Source: a virus (lineage: Duplodnaviria; Heunggongvirae; Uroviricota; Caudoviricetes). From it: a DNA stretch of 64,000 nt. Within the stretch, counting starts at the first letter, position 1; each line of letters begins with the position of its first letter. The notes beneath the pieces are model-generated. The model was not told the DNA's origin. It did no database searches and worked only from the letters and a program-made list of their open reading frames with translations. The stretch is taken from the IMG/VR virus record IMGVR_UViG_3300031998_000007; one strand, given 5' to 3'. The translations under genes were made by a program, and so were the position numbers. This document shows, in pieces, positions 59,819 through 64,000 of the stretch.

Positions 59819-62293
59819 TTAAATTGCTTCAAGCTCGCCAAGGCGAGAGTATGCGCCATTGTTCTTGACTTCGAGCTTGTAGTCGAAAAGGTCGCGAACA
59901 ACGCCGCCACGGTGGGTGATAACAAAGGCGCAACCGATGTCGGGCACCATGCCGCGGATCATTTCAAGCATTTCGCGCATTGCGTTGTCATCAGTGGACT
60001 GGTCGATGACTTCGTCGAAACTGATGAAGTTCAGCTTGAAGTTGCCGAGCATGGCAGCGAAGTCGCGGAACGCCATGGCGATTGCGAAACCGACCTTGCG
60101 CTGCTGGCCCTGGGACAACTGCTTGTAGGTCGGGGCGATGCCCGGTCCGGCTTCGTATGTATAGTCCATCTTGCCGTCAAACTTAATCGTGACCGGAAGG
60201 TTGGTGCGAAGGAGGTTGTGGGCAACCGCCTTGTTGAAGCTCGGGATGAACACGTCAAACACCATCTTCTTCATGCCGTCATCGGCGCAGAGTTCAGTAA
60301 TCGCATTGCAGATTGCCTTCGTGTCGCTCGTTTCGTTCATGCGTTCACGGGCGGCATCGCGGTCACGCTTCGCATTGGCAAGGCTACGTTCCGTCGTCCC
60401 GACAGCGTCGCTTGCGTCGGCGCTTTCCATTTCGGCAATCTTCTTCGCAATGTCGGAGTTGCGCTCCGCAATCTGCGTGTTGCGGGAAAGAACCGTATTG
60501 CTGTTGGAACGGATTTCGGAAATCTTGGAACGGATTTCAGTGATTTCGCCTTTAAGTTCAGAAATCTTCACGCTGTTGGCGGAAATTGCCGCACGGATCT
60601 GCGCGATGCCATCGGCGTTCTTGTGGATTTCTTCGCGGATTGCATTGTTGTTGGCAAATGCGTTGGAAATGGAGGCAAGTTCACCTTCCACGGCGCTGAC
60701 TTCGATACCCATGTTGGCAATCGTCTTGATACAGCCGTCATAGTTTTCCTTGGCGTTCTTTACCGCAGCCCTTGTCGGGAACAACGTAGTGTTTTCATAG
60801 GCGCCAATTTCGGTAATCTTGAACCCGATTTCAGTCAGACGGTGGTCAATCTGGACACGGCGGGCGTCGATGTCGGCGATTTCGGCATTGCCGTTGGCAA
60901 TTTCGCCCATCTTGGCCTTCTTATCGACGATGAAACCACGACACTTTTCGCGGAGAGCGTCAAGCTGTCTGTTGAGCTCGGCCTTGGTATGTTCCACATC
61001 GTCCTCGGTGGACGGCTTGCCACACAACGGGCACGGAACACCGGGCTTCACTGCTTCCGCCTTGGCCTTCAACTCGTTGGCTTGCCTGGTAAATTCATTG
61101 ATGTTGGTGTCAATGAAGGAGATTTCGGTCGTCAGCTTGGTATTCCGGTTGCCGATTTCGTTGCGGCGATTGGTGTCAGCCTGCTTTTTGCGTTCAAGTT
61201 CAGTCTGCTCGGCAACGAGCGCATCCTTGCCGAGACCGGCATATTCGGCATCGACCGTGGCAAGGCGTTCCTTGGCGGAATTATAGGCGATTTCAAAGTT
61301 GGACTTCATCGCAACGGCGTTCTTTCCGGCTTCAAGGACACGAATTCGGTTGTTCAGGTCGGTTTCGGACACGATTTTCGCGTTCAGTTCCTTATTTTTA
61401 GCGTCAATCGCATCAATTTCGACCTGTTTTGATCCATTTTCGGCAGTTATTCCGTCAATCGACGACTGGATGGTTTCAATCCTGCGTTCATGTTCGGCAA
61501 TCGGAGCCAAAATCGTGTTGGCCTCGGCCTTGTTGGCTTCAATCTGGGCATTGTTTCGCTCGATTTCGGCCTTCATGTCGGCAATGTTGCCCTTCTTTTC
61601 TTCCTTCATCTGGACAAGTATCTGGTCCAGGTTGGCAATGGACTCGTTAAGGCGCTTGTATTCGTTGGATGCCACGTCAAACGCGATGGTGGCCTCGTTG
61701 AGACGCTTGTTGTTGGCCTTCTTCCACGGGCCGAGCTGCATCATGATGAGGCTTTCGGTGATGTCACGGCGTTTCTGTGCCGGAAGGGACATGAACGGCT
61801 GAGCTTCCTGTGTATTGAAGGCGATGCTGCTCTTGAAAAGCGTCTCGTTGAACCCGAGGTAGTTCTCCTCGAAGTCGTCCTGGGAGAACCCGGCACGCTT
61901 GTTCTGCACAATCCACTTCCCGTCCTCGAGGAGGAAAAGGTCAAACTTGCTCTTGACAGTCTTTTCGCCCTTGGCATTCGTATCGCCGGCCTTCATCGTC
62001 CTGAGAACGCGGCAATCCTGCCATTCATCGGTGCCCGGCTTGCAAATGGCAAATTCAAGCTCCACGCTGAGTTCGGCACCCGGGTTCATCGTGTTGATGA
62101 GGTCCGGCTTGTTGCCGCCACGATAGGAATTGCCGTAGAGCGCGAAGTTGAGGGCCTCGACGATCGTGGATTTTCCGAAACCGTTGGATCCGTAGCACAT
62201 AACCAGGCCGTCCTTGAACTCGAACGTGTTCGTGGTGTTCCCGTAGGACATGAAATTTCTGAATGTGAGCTTCTTGAATTTGATTTGGGACAT
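59819..62293 (-). CDS. gp46: Recombination endonuclease ATPase subunit, T4 gp46/SbcC/Rad50-like
   Basis: FRNFMSYG, Walker A GSNGFGKST, coiled coil, CPLC zinc hook, signature LSQGQ, Walker B ISFDE, VITH. Confidence 0.92.
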   Translation of the reverse strand: MSQIKFKKLTFRNFMSYGNTTNTFEFKDGLVMCYGSNGFGKSTIVEALNFALYGNSYRGGNKPDLINTMNPGAELSVELEFAICKPGTDEWQDCRVLRTMKAGDTNAKGEKTVKSKFDLFLLEDGKWIVQNKRAGFSQDDFEENYLGFNETLFKSSIAFNTQEAQPFMSLPAQKRRDITESLIMMQLGPWKKANNKRLNEATIAFDVASNEYKRLNESIANLDQILVQMKEEKKGNIADMKAEIERNNAQIEANKAEANTILAPIAEHERRIETIQSSIDGITAENGSKQVEIDAIDAKNKELNAKIVSETDLNNRIRVLEAGKNAVAMKSNFEIAYNSAKERLATVDAEYAGLGKDALVAEQTELERKKQADTNRRNEIGNRNTKLTTEISFIDTNINEFTRQANELKAKAEAVKPGVPCPLCGKPSTEDDVEHTKAELNRQLDALREKCRGFIVDKKAKMGEIANGNAEIADIDARRVQIDHRLTEIGFKITEIGAYENTTLFPTRAAVKNAKENYDGCIKTIANMGIEVSAVEGELASISNAFANNNAIREEIHKNADGIAQIRAAISANSVKISELKGEITEIRSKISEIRSNSNTVLSRNTQIAERNSDIAKKIAEMESADASDAVGTTERSLANAKRDRDAARERMNETSDTKAICNAITELCADDGMKKMVFDVFIPSFNKAVAHNLLRTNLPVTIKFDGKMDYTYEAGPGIAPTYKQLSQGQQRKVGFAIAMAFRDFAAMLGNFKLNFISFDEVIDQSTDDNAMREMLEMIRGMVPDIGCAFVITHRGGVVRDLFDYKLEVKNNGAYSRLGELEAI

Positions 62294-62336
62294 ATTTAAC
62301 CTATATAAAAAGTGCGCAGCACATTGCTACGCACTA

Positions 62337-62350
62337 AAATATAGCAAATT
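62337..62350 (-). promoter_or_regulatory. Putative class-II promoter AATTTGCTATATTT
   Basis: Upstream of gp46; followed by a leader hairpin at 62311-62335. Confidence 0.55.
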
Positions 62351-62362
62351 TCCCGGAGGATG

Positions 62363-63985
62363 CTATTTCTTGCTCTTCTTCGGTGCCGGCGCGGCCGGGG
62401 CTTCGACGACAGGGGCAGGCGTCTCGGGAACCACCGGGTCGATGACTACCGTCACCGGTGCCTTTTCCTCGTGGGTTTCCTCGATTGCCGCGATGGCTTC
62501 CGCACTCGGCATATCGTCGTCCGCACCGAGCGCGTCAAGGGCCTTGTCGAGGGCTCCCTGCTCGCCGCTGGAAAGGATGTCCATGGGGAGGTCGTCTTCG
62601 GCGGCCTTCTTCTGGACCTGCTTGCCGGCCTTCTTCGCGGCACGGTTCTCGCGGGACTTCTTCTGCGCGGCAGCACGCTTCGCGTTGACTTCTGCAAACC
62701 GGGCGTCGTTCTGCTCGATTTCCTTTGCGGACATGGCCTTTTCCTCGGCTTCCTCAAAGGCACCGACTGCCTTGGCGATGACATCGTCCGTGATGACGCC
62801 GGTCCTGATGTCAAGGACCTTCAACGCAGCGGCCATGCGGTCGAGGGTCACTTCGGCGATGCCCGTAATCTTGGAGATTTCCTTGACAGAGCGCCCGTCG
62901 TCAATCAGTTCCTGCACCTGGCGATACACCGGGGAGCTGTCGACGATGGTCTGGCGTTCCCTGTCGAAGGCGGAGAGGAGGATGTCCTGGTTGAACTCGA
63001 TGCCGCGGGCGTTCAGGTATTCGACCACGTCCTCGTAGTAGTTGCCTTCGAGGATGAGCTGGTCGAGCTTTGCGCGGGTGATCGGGAGACCCGGCAGGTT
63101 CACGTCGAACAGCGTGTCGGTGCGGGCGGGGCCGTTCTTCACAGCGTCGGCTGCCTCGTCGAAGTCAGCCGGCTTCGTGAAGAGCGTTTCGGACTCTTCC
63201 ACCACCGGTGCGCCGAGAAGGAACTTGCGGAGGTTCTGCATGGAGAGGTCGAGCTGGGTATAGCCGACCGGGCGTTCCTCACCAACCGCATAGTTCATTT
63301 CCTTGTCGGAAAGCACCGCGTATTTGTAAATACGCATCGCGTAGTTGAGGGAGTTGAAACCGTTTGCGTTGACCGCGTCGAGCGCCTGCTTCGTGAGACG
63401 GGCTCCGTTGCCGTCAACCCATTCAGCGCAAGTAGGCTGGATAGGACCGGCAAGGGGCTGCATGCCCATGCGATCATAAAGGAAGAAGGTTTCGCCACCG
63501 AACAGTGTCTTGCCGCTCGGGGCGACCTTGCCCTGCGGGTTCGGACGCGTGTGGGTAAAGCAGTCGATGACGGATCCTACGCGGTTCGGCATCGGATTCT
63601 TGGCGCCCATATAGACGAAATAGCCGGTGATTGCCCTGCTACGGGTTCTCATACCGGCTATCTGGATATAGTCCTTGAGCGAACGCACCTGGTGGAAGTC
63701 AATCCACACGTATTCGTTGTCCATGAGGCAGATGCACCATTCCGGGCTCTTGCGCTTGGAAAGGTGGTCGGCCACAATGTCACGGCGCTTGGTCCAACCG
63801 CCCTCTATGCGAGGCATGAGGCGCACCTTGTCGCCATAACGTTCGCAAATGCCATCAATCCAGGGACGGTTCCCCGAATCATAGACATAGACACAGTCAA
63901 AACCGAGGGCCAGGTGGAAATCCAGCCACTCGGTAAGTTCTAACGGGCGTTCACCCGATACGTGGAGAAGACAGTTAAGGTACAT
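62363..63985 (-). CDS. GT92/Glyco_transf_2_4-like domain fused to a helix-turn-helix and a charged tail
   Basis: EWLDFH..LGFD..YVYD; GRSVKEISKITGIAEVTLDR is HTH-like; K/A/E/P-rich C-terminus. Confidence 0.65.
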   Translation of the reverse strand: MYLNCLLHVSGERPLELTEWLDFHLALGFDCVYVYDSGNRPWIDGICERYGDKVRLMPRIEGGWTKRRDIVADHLSKRKSPEWCICLMDNEYVWIDFHQVRSLKDYIQIAGMRTRSRAITGYFVYMGAKNPMPNRVGSVIDCFTHTRPNPQGKVAPSGKTLFGGETFFLYDRMGMQPLAGPIQPTCAEWVDGNGARLTKQALDAVNANGFNSLNYAMRIYKYAVLSDKEMNYAVGEERPVGYTQLDLSMQNLRKFLLGAPVVEESETLFTKPADFDEAADAVKNGPARTDTLFDVNLPGLPITRAKLDQLILEGNYYEDVVEYLNARGIEFNQDILLSAFDRERQTIVDSSPVYRQVQELIDDGRSVKEISKITGIAEVTLDRMAAALKVLDIRTGVITDDVIAKAVGAFEEAEEKAMSAKEIEQNDARFAEVNAKRAAAQKKSRENRAAKKAGKQVQKKAAEDDLPMDILSSGEQGALDKALDALGADDDMPSAEAIAAIEETHEEKAPVTVVIDPVVPETPAPVVEAPAAPAPKKSKK

Positions 63986-64000
63986 ATCGTCAACCTTTCT

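Noticed and set aside
30339-63943. Long antisense ORFs (e.g. 32383..34512+, 35026..37503+, 57026..58990+, 59798..61432+)
   Set aside because: They are shadows of real genes caused by GC-rich codon bias, with no motifs, promoters or RBS.
1-64000. Stop-codon reassignment as seen in some large gut phages
   Set aside because: Capsid, portal and gp46 are intact under code 11, and TAG, TGA and TAA all end genes at sensible positions.
1-64000. CRISPR array
   Set aside because: No regularly spaced direct repeats were seen, and the window is almost fully coding.

Overview
This is a 64-kb segment of a large T4-like (probably jumbo) myovirus, GC-rich by eye and using the standard genetic code. It covers much of the virion morphogenesis region: a gp23-like major capsid protein, a gp20-like portal, a scaffold-like protein, several tail fibre/baseplate-like genes, two peptidoglycan-hydrolase-like proteins and a gp46 (SbcC/Rad50) ATPase. 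Accessory enzymes are interspersed: five glycosyltransferase-like proteins, a radical SAM enzyme, a patatin, a histidine phosphatase fusion, a metallophosphoesterase, a SLOG protein, an OFA-family MFS transporter and two HNH proteins. Three layers are visible beyond the ORFs. (1) A 9-bp motif, TATAAACTA (13 exact copies found by eye), sits about 22-40 nt upstream of structural genes and is probably the late promoter. A second AT-rich motif precedes non-structural genes. (2) A dispersed family of proteins shares a ~35-aa N-terminal leader ending in hydrophobic-x-E|(A/G/S), which matches the capsid/scaffold cleavage signature and suggests a capsid-targeting cargo system. (3) Glycosyltransferases and other modifying enzymes are wired into late operons, which suggests virion modification. 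I saw no tRNA, CRISPR array, reverse transcriptase or integrase. All calls are from motif recognition only; no database searches were run.
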